DNA from: Bacteroidia bacterium | Lineage (GTDB): Bacteria > Bacteroidota > Bacteroidia > NS11-12g > UBA9320 | Length of the DNA stretch: 64,000 nt | Direction of reading: 5' to 3' | NCBI GenBank assembly: GCA_018402155.1 | Contig: JAGYJG010000001.1 | Coordinates: 108,635-172,634 of the forward strand | Shown here: positions 49,249 to 58,991 of the stretch, piece after piece | Layout: each line of letters begins with the position of its first letter | Position numbering within the stretch: the first letter of the stretch is position 1 | Program-made: the position numbers and the translations under genes | Notes under the pieces: model-generated | Told to the model about the DNA's origin: nothing | Databases searched by the model: none | Seen by the model: the letters and a program-made list of their open reading frames with translations, nothing else

Positions 49249-50016
49249 ATGTCTAAATTGCCTACAGCGCATAAGTTTGTTGACTTATCAGATTATGGAA
49301 GACCCGCAGCAAAGATCATAGCACATTTTTTAAAAACTACGCGATATACTCCAATACATGTTACTTTGGCTTTCACAGTCTCTGGTTTAGTTGCGGTTTG
49401 GGCCATTATAATGGGTCATGCTTTTACCGCAGCGTTGTTTCTAATCTTAAAATCTATATTGGATGCTGCAGACGGTGAGCTAGCACGTATTAAAAAAACA
49501 CCTTCGCATACCGGTCGTTATTTAGATTCAGTAGCAGATATATGCTTAAATGCAGTTATATTTTTGGCCATATGGTACAGTAGCAGCGCTACTATTTGGT
49601 TAACTATTTTGGCCTTTATGGGTGTGCAGCTTCAAGGCACACTTTACAACTACTACTACGTCATTCTAAGAAACAGATTTGGCGGCGATACCACAAGCCG
49701 TGTATTTGAAAATAAAACTCCGCTTGCTTTTGACGGAGAAAAACAAAAAAATGTAGATATCCTTTATAAACTATACAGCCTATTATACGCTCCGTTTGAT
49801 AAAACAATTTATTTTTTGGATTCTCGTGCGGCGTATGGCAAACTGTTTCCAAATTGGCTCATGACTGCGGTTTCTACTTTCGGTTTGGGTTTTCAGCTGC
49901 TTGTTATTGCGGTACTCTTGGTTGTAGGTCTTCAGGAACTTATAATTCCATTTTTTGTAGCCTATACAGGTATGATTGTCATATTCATTGCCATTAGAAA
50001 AGGTATTTATACCTAA
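49249..50016 (+). CDS. CDP-alcohol phosphatidyltransferase family protein (head group unknown)
   Basis: DAADGELARIKKTPSHTGRYLDSVAD matches DG(x2)AR(x8)G(x3)D(x3)D. Polytopic membrane protein. Confidence 0.8.
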   Translation: MSKLPTAHKFVDLSDYGRPAAKIIAHFLKTTRYTPIHVTLAFTVSGLVAVWAIIMGHAFTAALFLILKSILDAADGELARIKKTPSHTGRYLDSVADICLNAVIFLAIWYSSSATIWLTILAFMGVQLQGTLYNYYYVILRNRFGGDTTSRVFENKTPLAFDGEKQKNVDILYKLYSLLYAPFDKTIYFLDSRAAYGKLFPNWLMTAVSTFGLGFQLLVIAVLLVVGLQELIIPFFVAYTGMIVIFIAIRKGIYT

Positions 50017-50107
50017 AACGCTTTTTTTCGCTGTAATGCCACCAATCAAAATGTGCAAAATGATAAGTGAAAATTTGATAATATAATTTTAATAGGACTT
50101 TTTGTAA

Positions 50108-51139
50108 ATGCAATCATTACCCGCTTATTTTTGCAAATCAGTTTTGAGAAATTTACTACTTATTTTAAGTCTTTCAGTTGTATTGACTTCTTTTGGACAA
50201 ATCTTACCTAATTTCGGAGGCCAGCGTGCAGGTTTGTCTGCGCTCAGCTTTTTGAAAAACGATATGAGTCCAACCTCCTTTGGTATGGCGGGTGCTAGTG
50301 TTGCCAATCCAGGAAATTTGTATAGTGCGGAGATAAATCCCGCAGCACTGGTTCAGATAAGTGGTAGCGGTTTTGCCTTGAGTAATATGGTCATTGGTGC
50401 CGGCATAAATCAGTCACTGTTTAATGGTGCAAAAATCCTTGAAGATGGCTCCATTATTGGGTTTGGGGTTAATAGCCTAAACAGCGGTGCCATGGAAGTC
50501 CGTACAGAATTTGAACCCAACGGTACCGGCCAGCAGTTTTATGTAAATAACACGGCTGTAGGTCTCAACTATGCACGCAGATTATCACAGCAGTTCAGTA
50601 TAGGCATTGGTATAAAGTATGTTTTTGAAGGTATATCTACCTATCGAAACCATACAGTAACTAGTGATATCGGCTTTTTATATACAACAGATTTTAAGAA
50701 TTTAACCTTTGCCGTAGCTGTCAAAAATTTTGGAGGTAATTCCTCTATGAGTGGCGATGACTTGGAGGTTGGATACAATCGTACAGCTGTAGCTTTAGAA
50801 AAATATACGGCGCCTACTGTTTTTAAAATGGGACTGAGCTTCGTACCTTACAAAACAGAAACAAAAAAACTTCTAATCTCTGCTGAACTCAATCATCCTA
50901 GTGATAATGCCGAAAACATACGAATTGGGGGAGAATTAGGTCTCAGAGAACTACTTTTTGTTCGGTTTGGGTATAAACTTAGCGTAAAGGGTCAAAACTA
51001 CCCTACAGCGGGTATCGGCATAAAAACCAGAATTGGCGCGAATCCATTGTATATAGACTATGGCATAAATCCTACGAATCAAATGGGTGTTCAACACATA
51101 TTTGGTGTTCATATTCCTTTCAATAACGACCAACGATGA
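50108..51139 (+). CDS. PorV/PorQ-family outer membrane beta-barrel protein
   Basis: Signal peptide, an N-terminal block SFGMAGASVANPGNLYSAEINPAAL like PorV/PorQ, and a beta-strand periodicity throughout. Confidence 0.6.
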   Translation: MQSLPAYFCKSVLRNLLLILSLSVVLTSFGQILPNFGGQRAGLSALSFLKNDMSPTSFGMAGASVANPGNLYSAEINPAALVQISGSGFALSNMVIGAGINQSLFNGAKILEDGSIIGFGVNSLNSGAMEVRTEFEPNGTGQQFYVNNTAVGLNYARRLSQQFSIGIGIKYVFEGISTYRNHTVTSDIGFLYTTDFKNLTFAVAVKNFGGNSSMSGDDLEVGYNRTAVALEKYTAPTVFKMGLSFVPYKTETKKLLISAELNHPSDNAENIRIGGELGLRELLFVRFGYKLSVKGQNYPTAGIGIKTRIGANPLYIDYGINPTNQMGVQHIFGVHIPFNNDQR

Positions 51140-52335
51140 AAACACGCAATTCAATACTCAGCTTACTAGGTTTTAGCGCGGTGCTTTTTCTTTCAGCTTG
51201 CCAAGGTTTTTTTGGCACTAAAACGGATATAGATTTTATAGAAGTACCTACCTACAGCCCCAGAGAAGTGGCCTATGTGCCAGTACAGCCTGCTTTGCAA
51301 TCCTTTGTAGAGCCGGTAGACATTATTACTGGTTTTGATGAGCTGATTTACGTGGTAGATCAAGCCACAGAGGAAATAATATCGCTGGACGAAAGCGGGA
51401 GAGAGCTTGGTAGATTCAAAGTGCGCGGAGTGAAAGCAGTGGCCCAAACACGGAGACTCGACCTATTGGCTATTGGTAAAAATACTACCACTGTAGCAGG
51501 TATTGATTATGATGTGACGTGTATTTATAAAATAGATATGCACGGTGCAGGAGCAGATTTTGGCATACGCTATGCACGAATGGTAGATACTATAACACAT
51601 CCTTTTTATTTTAAAACTACATTTTCTAGTAGCGATGCTAGAGTAGAGTTTAATAAAATTGCGGTGTTGTCAGACAATAGATTTTATGTAACTCGACGAG
51701 GTACAGACAACAATCTGCAAAAGGTGGGCGGACCAGATGACGCAGTTCTGCTGTTTGACAGCGATGGCAGCTACCTTACCCCGGTAGTAGTAAATACACC
51801 CAGTGGGTTTTTTAGAGATTTTTTTAAAAATCCTATAGGAATTGCCAGTTTTGTGCAGCCTCCACAAATATCTGCCGGAGGTTCAGACCACTTTGTCTTT
51901 ACATCCTTAGATGAAAATACATCCATAAAAATTCAAGTTATCGACTACTTAGAATCTGAATTTGGGTCTAGCTACGAACCGCGTATATTGTTTGAAAGTG
52001 ACACTACAATTGCCGATGGGAATTTAGCTACACCGCATAAATTTGAAGAGCCAATGGGAGTAACCATTACCGGAGATGGAACAAATTTTATACTCGTAGT
52101 AGACCGAGCAAAAGACTCACTCTATCAGTTTACAACCACCGGATTAGAAGGGGTAAAACCACCAGCTGGAGCTGCTACTACCAAGTATCAAATGGCAAGT
52201 TTTGGTGGCAAGGGACAAGGGCTTTCTCAGTTTGACCGGCCTAGTGCTGTGGCCTACAAAAATCGGATTGTATGGGTATGCGATACCGGTAATGGACGTG
52301 TATTGCGCTTCAAGTTAACCACCGATTTTCAGTAG
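51136..52335 (+). CDS. Lipoprotein with NHL-type beta-propeller repeats (hypothetical)
   Basis: Lipobox LFLSAC. Repeated ...P.G.A....I.V.D..N..V..F-type blades, for example RPSAVAYKNRIVWVCDTGNGRVLRFKL. ATGA overlap with the upstream barrel gene. Confidence 0.55.
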   Translation: MKTRNSILSLLGFSAVLFLSACQGFFGTKTDIDFIEVPTYSPREVAYVPVQPALQSFVEPVDIITGFDELIYVVDQATEEIISLDESGRELGRFKVRGVKAVAQTRRLDLLAIGKNTTTVAGIDYDVTCIYKIDMHGAGADFGIRYARMVDTITHPFYFKTTFSSSDARVEFNKIAVLSDNRFYVTRRGTDNNLQKVGGPDDAVLLFDSDGSYLTPVVVNTPSGFFRDFFKNPIGIASFVQPPQISAGGSDHFVFTSLDENTSIKIQVIDYLESEFGSSYEPRILFESDTTIADGNLATPHKFEEPMGVTITGDGTNFILVVDRAKDSLYQFTTTGLEGVKPPAGAATTKYQMASFGGKGQGLSQFDRPSAVAYKNRIVWVCDTGNGRVLRFKLTTDFQ

Positions 52336-52356
52336 TTTGTAGATTAGGCTTTGACG

Positions 52357-55300
52357 TTATGGTATTTTTTCTGTTTCTATACGTCTTCTTTTTAACCTAA
52401 ATTTATCAAATCTGTATCGAAATGATAGACCAACACCTGCAGTCTGTATGCTATTTAAGTTGCCCAAAGTAGGGTCAGCAGTTTGTTTCTGAAACCCATT
52501 AATACGCACATTTCCGTCTTCGGTTATACTGTAACTAATGTTCAAATCATACGGTCTGCTGCCTTGGGCAGCTGCATCTACAGAGGCAGAGAGTTCTAGT
52601 CTATCCTCTAAAAACTTTCGTCGCATGGAGACAATAATCTCCGCTTGGTCGGTTTGATTAGAGTTTTGGTAGTCTACACCCAACTGCAGGCGGGTATCTA
52701 GTTTCCCAAGCCAGTTGTTGAGCTGACTGCTGGCAAAGTCGCTCAAACTGTTTATGCCTGTATTCTCTACACCATCTAGAGCATTATAGCTAGAGCCTGT
52801 AGCAAAACTGGGAGGTACAAATGTACCCAAAACCATAAGTGCAAAAACTTGCCTGTTGAGTTCTTCTTGGTCCAGCTTTATACGGTCTATGGTAGTATTT
52901 AGTGCGCTAGTAGCATTTCCGCTTAAAGAGTTTTGTGTAGGGAACTTGAGGTCAAATGCGACCTCCGGGTCAAAAAGTAAGCCGGTCAGTTTGAGGTAGC
53001 AATCTACGGGTATAGCCTGGTTATATTGCTCTGGGTTTTCTGCTGTACCGCTCATCAATGTTTTTGGTACAGGGTATTCCCTTTTTATGGCTTCTAGATT
53101 TATTTTTGCATTATAAGGGCTGCCATCCCAAAATAATGTTCCGCCCGGTTTGACTGTAAAATATTTGTTGATTAGATTCAACGCCGTAAATAAGTAGTTG
53201 CCTCGGTCTATGGTAAGCCCACCATACATATTGAAATCTCCAAAAGTATTTATTTCCATACGTAAGTTGCCATGTCCAGCTGCTTCTATTTTGTCGCCTA
53301 GCAATTCGTCAAATAACAAAGTCACACTGGCGTCATTAGTTATTTCAATGTTAAAATCCATACGCACGCCGGCTTTGGTTTGAAAACCTTGGTTTAGGTT
53401 ATTATTGTCTTCCTTTAGGTTTACAAATTCTACGTAGCTGAGGTTTCCGCTGGTCTCAAAATTGTCTAACGGTATCACCAGGGCTGTTCCTTTTCGGCTT
53501 TTTGCATTTATCTGCAATAGAATATTATCTAGTGGCCCTAGTATTTTCATAGATCCATCTACGAACACTGTTCCATAAAAAAGATTGTTGTCTTTTCTAG
53601 TAGTATTCATTATTTCAAAATTTTCTAACCTATCTATAAATAGGTTAAAATGAAAATCAGAAAAATTCGTATGATTGACATTTCCACTTATTTGTCCTTT
53701 GTTTTCATAGCGGTCTACCAGTTGTGCGCTTTTCAGGGTAAAAGAGTTGTAGTCGATATCTACCGCCGCAGAGCCAGTATATCCCGTTTGAAGGTAATCT
53801 ACTACAAAGGCTAAGCTATCTAGTCGTAAAGTGCCTTTTAGCTTTGGTTTATCTAGTGGCCCCGTTATTTTGATATCTGTAGTAGAGTAGCCGTCTATAT
53901 TGGATGCTAATCCATTTAAGTATTTTTCAAATGGTTTTATACTGCTATGCTGGGTGAGTAGCTGTAGATCGAGTGGGGAGTCTTTGTGACTGAAATCTAT
54001 GCTACCAAGAATCTTCATATCATTGAGGAGGCCATTTGTTATTTTTCCATTTATGCCAACAGCCAGCAGGTTTTTATTTTTGCTCGTTAAGGTTAAATTT
54101 CCTAATGTATCATTATCTAGTTGTAAGTGGTCTATTGTTAAATCTGCTTCTATTATAGGAAATCCTTGACGGTCAGATACATCGATGTAGCCGTTTGTTG
54201 TGCCTTGTAGTCTGAGGTCAAACCCCGCTATAAAAGGGTTTAAATTGTCTAGTTGGAATTCGGCAAGTATTACGTTTATTTTGTCTGCTTGATAGCCTGT
54301 GGAAGCCTCCACATACAAAATTTGCTCCCCATTTCTAAAATCAAAAGAACGCAATTCTGTAATGCCATTTTGGTAGATTAGGTTGGGGGATAGCGACTTG
54401 CGGAGGGCCCACTCTTCGTCATATATTTTTACCTTACTTTCATCTACATATACCATAGCACTATCGTTTTGATATATAAATCGGCCGTTGATAGCTAAGT
54501 CGAGTGTACTATTTTGCTTTGCGGTTGTCTCAAAATGTACTATACCGTTTTTAATAAAGCCGTTTGCGTCTAACTCAGTAAAGATTGTGCTATCATTTTG
54601 TATAAGCCCTGCCGTGGTTATGCTAAAATTTAACGGTTCAAAGTTTACCTCATTTTTTAAATTAATGGTTATGAGAGAGGTAGATAGTACATCATACTCA
54701 AATCCATTGATGGTGTTATTAGAAGTGAGTTTGCCTGCTTGGTGGTCGTAGTTAAAATTAAAAGCCAAGCTATCAAAGTATATATCTTTAAAAAATTCGG
54801 TATAAAGTGGATCAAAACTAGAAATATTAGCCTCTATACACAAGTCTTTTGTAGCAAGTATAGCTTCTGGTTTTTCAAATTCTTTGGGATATATGAGGTG
54901 TTCAATATAGGCGAATATAGTCTGGGTTTCTGATGGAATAAAATCACCCTCTACAGATACATTTAGCGCACTAGAAAGTAACTTATATTGCCGTTTTTCT
55001 CTTGTTTTGCTCGCTATTAGCAATAGATTGTTTATTGTATAGCTTGTTTCATTGCGGGTCAATGTAAAACTATCTAGCGCTATATTACCGGTTATATCGT
55101 CTATGTTATCTCCATTCAAATCAATATCTCCCTTAAAGCACAACATATTATCCAAGGTGTCTATCCCTAAGGTTTTTAAATTGATACCCCTTACGTTGGC
55201 TGTGATGTCAATGGAGGGATGTACTTTAGTTATATCTATCACACCATCAAAATTTAAATTAAAATTGGGGTCAGTAATACGGCCTCCTCCACGGAATATA

Positions 55301-56742
55301 CTCTCACTAAAACTTCCATTTAAGGCAATGTTTTTGTAGTCATAGTCGTTATATTCGATGTGATATACTTCTCCATCTATTGCTGCACTCAGTGCTGCGG
55401 CATTTAACCCTTGTCCCTCTATTGTAATATCGAAAGAGGTCCTGCCCAGTTTTCCGATGTTGAACAGCTTTTTTAGGTTTATGTCTTTACTTCGAAAAGA
55501 ACCTTGGTACTTTGGATTGGCCTTTGGTGGCTGGCTATAGTGCAACTCAGCTGTTAGATTACCTATGTCTGTGCCAAAATCTCCTTGGATTTTAAAATCG
55601 CTTAGCAAGCCCATATATGTCCCGCGATAGGAGATAGTACCTAAGTTTGTAAATGCTTGCGGTATAGGGTTTAACTCTATGAGTTTAGCTAGGTCTGCGG
55701 TATTAGTTTGAAAATGTAACGCACTTAGACTAAAAACGGTTCTGTCTATGTCGGGTAGCCCAATTAATTCAGCACTTCCGGTATATTGGGTGTGATTCCC
55801 TAGTTTTAATACTAGTTTTTTGCTGTGCAGGTTATCTATAGTTCCCGCTAGGCGTCCTGTGCCATTTATGGTTTCTTCGTACCGTCCCAAATGATTAGAA
55901 AACAAGGCTAAATCATCAGTGTGCAAGCGGCTGTCTGCTAGATTTACATCTACGGTTACTACAGAAATAAAATCAGAAAAATCAGCATAGGTTTTGTAGT
56001 TAAAGCAGAGGTAGTCACGAATCACACTGCGGGGAGTTTGTATGTACAAATCTCTAAATTCCATAGTAGTGGAGCTGATTATACTTTTGGCGTGCAAATC
56101 TTCTATAATTAAACCAGATTTTTCCTTACCGCTTATGTCATCTAGATAAAAAGTAAGCGAATCGTTGATGATCTCAAAGTTATGCAAATGACCGTTGAGG
56201 TTGCTGTATATCATATTGTTTTCGTCAAAAGCACGGCTTATAGGTGGGCTGTAGTTTTGGTTGAAATAATGAAAACGTGTGTTGCTAAGTTCTACTTGAT
56301 CAAAAATAAGCTTAGTAGAGCTTGTCGGTTTGCCGTTGGGCGGTGCGTTAAAATAGTTTATTAAAAATTGGATGTTTAATTCTTTTCCTCCCTTGGGAAC
56401 ACCTATAGCGATATTCCCACCATCTATCTGTACGTCGTTTAGTCGTATTTCTCTTTTGTTGAATGAAAATATATCATAGTCTATTTGTAGCGTTTTGATG
56501 TAGATGAGTGTGTCTGATTTTTGATCTGTCAAAAATATATTACTAGCCTTTAGTGCATCAAAATAAGATAACTCGATGCTTCCTATGCTCACTGTGGTAC
56601 CTAGCTCTGTACTTAGATAGTGGGTAGCTTTTTGCACCATATAGTTTTTGAACCAAGTAGTTTGTACCAATGCCAATAGTGCTAACGCCATTCCCAAAAG
56701 ACTAGCTAATACTATGATTGGTATTTTGATTATTTTTGGCAT
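52357..56742 (-). CDS. tamB: Translocation/assembly module TamB-like (AsmA-like, DUF490) protein
   Basis: 1461 aa. Single N-terminal TM anchor, very long beta-rich body, and a conserved C-terminal DUF490-like region. Divergent from tsaD. Confidence 0.7.
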   Translation of the reverse strand: MPKIIKIPIIVLASLLGMALALLALVQTTWFKNYMVQKATHYLSTELGTTVSIGSIELSYFDALKASNIFLTDQKSDTLIYIKTLQIDYDIFSFNKREIRLNDVQIDGGNIAIGVPKGGKELNIQFLINYFNAPPNGKPTSSTKLIFDQVELSNTRFHYFNQNYSPPISRAFDENNMIYSNLNGHLHNFEIINDSLTFYLDDISGKEKSGLIIEDLHAKSIISSTTMEFRDLYIQTPRSVIRDYLCFNYKTYADFSDFISVVTVDVNLADSRLHTDDLALFSNHLGRYEETINGTGRLAGTIDNLHSKKLVLKLGNHTQYTGSAELIGLPDIDRTVFSLSALHFQTNTADLAKLIELNPIPQAFTNLGTISYRGTYMGLLSDFKIQGDFGTDIGNLTAELHYSQPPKANPKYQGSFRSKDINLKKLFNIGKLGRTSFDITIEGQGLNAAALSAAIDGEVYHIEYNDYDYKNIALNGSFSESIFRGGGRITDPNFNLNFDGVIDITKVHPSIDITANVRGINLKTLGIDTLDNMLCFKGDIDLNGDNIDDITGNIALDSFTLTRNETSYTINNLLLIASKTREKRQYKLLSSALNVSVEGDFIPSETQTIFAYIEHLIYPKEFEKPEAILATKDLCIEANISSFDPLYTEFFKDIYFDSLAFNFNYDHQAGKLTSNNTINGFEYDVLSTSLITINLKNEVNFEPLNFSITTAGLIQNDSTIFTELDANGFIKNGIVHFETTAKQNSTLDLAINGRFIYQNDSAMVYVDESKVKIYDEEWALRKSLSPNLIYQNGITELRSFDFRNGEQILYVEASTGYQADKINVILAEFQLDNLNPFIAGFDLRLQGTTNGYIDVSDRQGFPIIEADLTIDHLQLDNDTLGNLTLTSKNKNLLAVGINGKITNGLLNDMKILGSIDFSHKDSPLDLQLLTQHSSIKPFEKYLNGLASNIDGYSTTDIKITGPLDKPKLKGTLRLDSLAFVVDYLQTGYTGSAAVDIDYNSFTLKSAQLVDRYENKGQISGNVNHTNFSDFHFNLFIDRLENFEIMNTTRKDNNLFYGTVFVDGSMKILGPLDNILLQINAKSRKGTALVIPLDNFETSGNLSYVEFVNLKEDNNNLNQGFQTKAGVRMDFNIEITNDASVTLLFDELLGDKIEAAGHGNLRMEINTFGDFNMYGGLTIDRGNYLFTALNLINKYFTVKPGGTLFWDGSPYNAKINLEAIKREYPVPKTLMSGTAENPEQYNQAIPVDCYLKLTGLLFDPEVAFDLKFPTQNSLSGNATSALNTTIDRIKLDQEELNRQVFALMVLGTFVPPSFATGSSYNALDGVENTGINSLSDFASSQLNNWLGKLDTRLQLGVDYQNSNQTDQAEIIVSMRRKFLEDRLELSASVDAAAQGSRPYDLNISYSITEDGNVRINGFQKQTADPTLGNLNSIQTAGVGLSFRYRFDKFRLKRRRIETEKIP

Positions 56743-56785
56743 CTATTTTAAATAAACACTACGAGCCTACAAACATACCTTACAA

Positions 56786-57799
56786 ATGGCAAAGATTAAT
56801 TCACAAACTTGTATACTTGGCATAGAATCGTCTTGTGACGATACATCTGCAGCGGTATATATAGATGGTAATATTTGTTCTAATGTGGTTGCCTCTCAGA
56901 AAATACATGAGGAATTTGGTGGGGTGGTACCAGAGTGGGCTAGCAGAAAACATCAACAAAACATAGTACCTACAGTAGATGCAGCCTTGAGAAAAGCAGG
57001 CTGTACTATAAAAGATATAGACGCTATAGCTTGCACTCAAGGCCCAGGTTTAATGGGTTCGCTGCTAGTAGGGCACTCTTTTGCCAAAGGTTTGGCACTA
57101 GCTGCTGGTATACCGTATGTCAATGTTGACCATATAGATGCCCATGTTTTGGCACATTTTATAGATGGCAACATACCCCTACTGCCGTTTTTGTGCTTGC
57201 TGGTTTCTGGTGGACATACGCAGCTGGTGGTAGTAGATCAAAATTTGGACATAGAAGTATTGGGAAAAACTATAGACGATGCTGCCGGGGAAGCTTTTGA
57301 TAAAGCAGGCAAAATGCTCAACTTATCTTATCCAGCTGGGCCAATCATTGACCGAAATGCAAAGTTGGGAAATCCCAATGCCTTTGTGTTTAATACACCA
57401 AAAGTAGAAGCATTCAATTTTAGCTTTTCCGGGCTTAAAACATCGATATTGTACTTTTTGCAAAAAGAAACACAAAAAAATAAATCCTTTGTTCAAGAAA
57501 ATATAAATGACCTCTGTGCATCTATTCAGCATACTATAGTGTCTTATCTGCTGAGCAGACTTGAAGTAGCAATGATAGAAACAGGTATAAAACATATCGG
57601 CATAGCAGGAGGTGTAGCAGCGAATAGCCAATTGCGAGCAGAATTGCACACGCTTGCTACAAAATACCAAGCTACAGCATACGAGCCCAAGTTTGAGTAC
57701 TGTACAGATAATGCAGCAATGATAGCCTTTGCGGGAAAATTGAAACTAGAACAAAAAAAATATGGCACATTTACTGACGTGTGTTTTACTAGAAAATGA
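56786..57799 (+). CDS. tsaD: tRNA N6-adenosine threonylcarbamoyltransferase
   Basis: ILGIESSCDDTS, GPGLMGSLLVG and VSGGHT blocks of Kae1/TsaD. Confidence 0.92.
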   Translation: MAKINSQTCILGIESSCDDTSAAVYIDGNICSNVVASQKIHEEFGGVVPEWASRKHQQNIVPTVDAALRKAGCTIKDIDAIACTQGPGLMGSLLVGHSFAKGLALAAGIPYVNVDHIDAHVLAHFIDGNIPLLPFLCLLVSGGHTQLVVVDQNLDIEVLGKTIDDAAGEAFDKAGKMLNLSYPAGPIIDRNAKLGNPNAFVFNTPKVEAFNFSFSGLKTSILYFLQKETQKNKSFVQENINDLCASIQHTIVSYLLSRLEVAMIETGIKHIGIAGGVAANSQLRAELHTLATKYQATAYEPKFEYCTDNAAMIAFAGKLKLEQKKYGTFTDVCFTRK

Positions 57800-58614
57800 A
57801 AAAAATAAATATTCTAATTGTGTTTTTATTTGGGGCTATTTTGCTCCATGCACAGCAAAATAAAGAAGATATTCTAAAAAGCTTGAAGGTCTCAGAAATT
57901 AAAAAGTTCCAGGTAATACACGCATTTACAAGCCGTGCAGATACCTGTTTGACAGAGCAAACAATACTTGATGAAAATGGAAAAATCATATACGAAATGA
58001 GAGATTATAATTGCTCCGGGTATCGAAAAATAGACGAAACGTACAAGTTCTATAAAAATACTAATGTAGTAAAGGAAGTATTACTGGTAAATGGAGATAG
58101 TATAGCTATCTATTTGTGGGATTATTCCAAAAAAGATAAACTCCCTCAAATCAGTACTGTTATAGACCTCAAAAACGCAGATACGACCCATACAAAATAT
58201 ACGTACTACACTCCTCGTAGATCAAATCGAATAGATAGTATGAAAATAGATGTTGTAAATCGAGGAAGCACTATAGTTTACTATTCCCAAAATACATACG
58301 ATAAAAAAGATAATCTCTTATCCACTCGTACAACCAACGATAAAGGTGATCTTTTGGAGGAAAGTACTTCTGAGTGGGACGAGCAAGGAAACGTGACAAG
58401 TACATCTAGCTCTGCTTATGGGGATAGACCTGTTTTTGAGCAAACTTTTTTGAAATATGATGAAGAGGGTCTCTTAGTGGAAACCAACAATTCGCATAAT
58501 AGGCAAAATAAGTTTTTTTATATGGAAAATGGCTTACTTCGTAACATGGAGAGTTACAATGCTCAAGGAGCACTCGAAATAGAATATATTTACAACTATA
58601 TATTTTGGAAATGA
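57796..58614 (+). CDS. Hypothetical secreted protein with YD/MORN-like short repeats
   Basis: Signal peptide MKKINILIVFLFGAILLHAQ. Recurrent Y.YD..gnl-like units (YDKKDNLLSTRTTNDKGDLLEESTSEWDEQGNV, YDEEGLLVE). Confidence 0.45.
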   Translation: MKKINILIVFLFGAILLHAQQNKEDILKSLKVSEIKKFQVIHAFTSRADTCLTEQTILDENGKIIYEMRDYNCSGYRKIDETYKFYKNTNVVKEVLLVNGDSIAIYLWDYSKKDKLPQISTVIDLKNADTTHTKYTYYTPRRSNRIDSMKIDVVNRGSTIVYYSQNTYDKKDNLLSTRTTNDKGDLLEESTSEWDEQGNVTSTSSSAYGDRPVFEQTFLKYDEEGLLVETNNSHNRQNKFFYMENGLLRNMESYNAQGALEIEYIYNYIFWK

Positions 58615-58970
58615 ATTGGTTATTGGTCTTTTTGGGAGGAGGATTTGGCGCGGTTTGCCGTTGGATAATTAGTGGCCAACTCACAAGTTCAACGGGTCTG
58701 CCTTGGGGTACACTTACAGTCAATTTACTAGGATGTTTTCTCATCGGTCTCCTAAGTGTATATCTTCTTGAACAGCCCAAAACAAGTCTTTTTCTTATAA
58801 TTGGCTTTTTGGGGGGATTTACCACTTTTAGCTCTTTTGGGCTAGAAACTTGGCAAATGCTGGCATCTGCGGAGTATAAATATTTATTAATATATCTTGG
58901 CCTTAGCAATGTGGTAGGTCTTGTGCTCGTAATCATTGGGCACAAAATGGGTACACTTTTTGTATCCTAA
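58611..58970 (+). CDS. crcB: Fluoride efflux channel CrcB/FluC
   Basis: MNWLLVFLGGGFGAVCRW and GFLGGFTTFSSF blocks. ATG 58611 gives an ATGA overlap with the upstream stop; the track start TTG 58605 is less likely. Confidence 0.85.
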   Translation: MNWLLVFLGGGFGAVCRWIISGQLTSSTGLPWGTLTVNLLGCFLIGLLSVYLLEQPKTSLFLIIGFLGGFTTFSSFGLETWQMLASAEYKYLLIYLGLSNVVGLVLVIIGHKMGTLFVS

Positions 58971-58991
58971 TCCCAAAGCCACATAAATACA

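Noticed and set aside
58406-58945. 179-aa minus-strand ORF spanning crcB and the end of the repeat-protein gene
   Set aside because: It is antisense to two genes with good family signatures. The translation is basic, Pro-rich and low-complexity, with no motifs. This is a shadow ORF.
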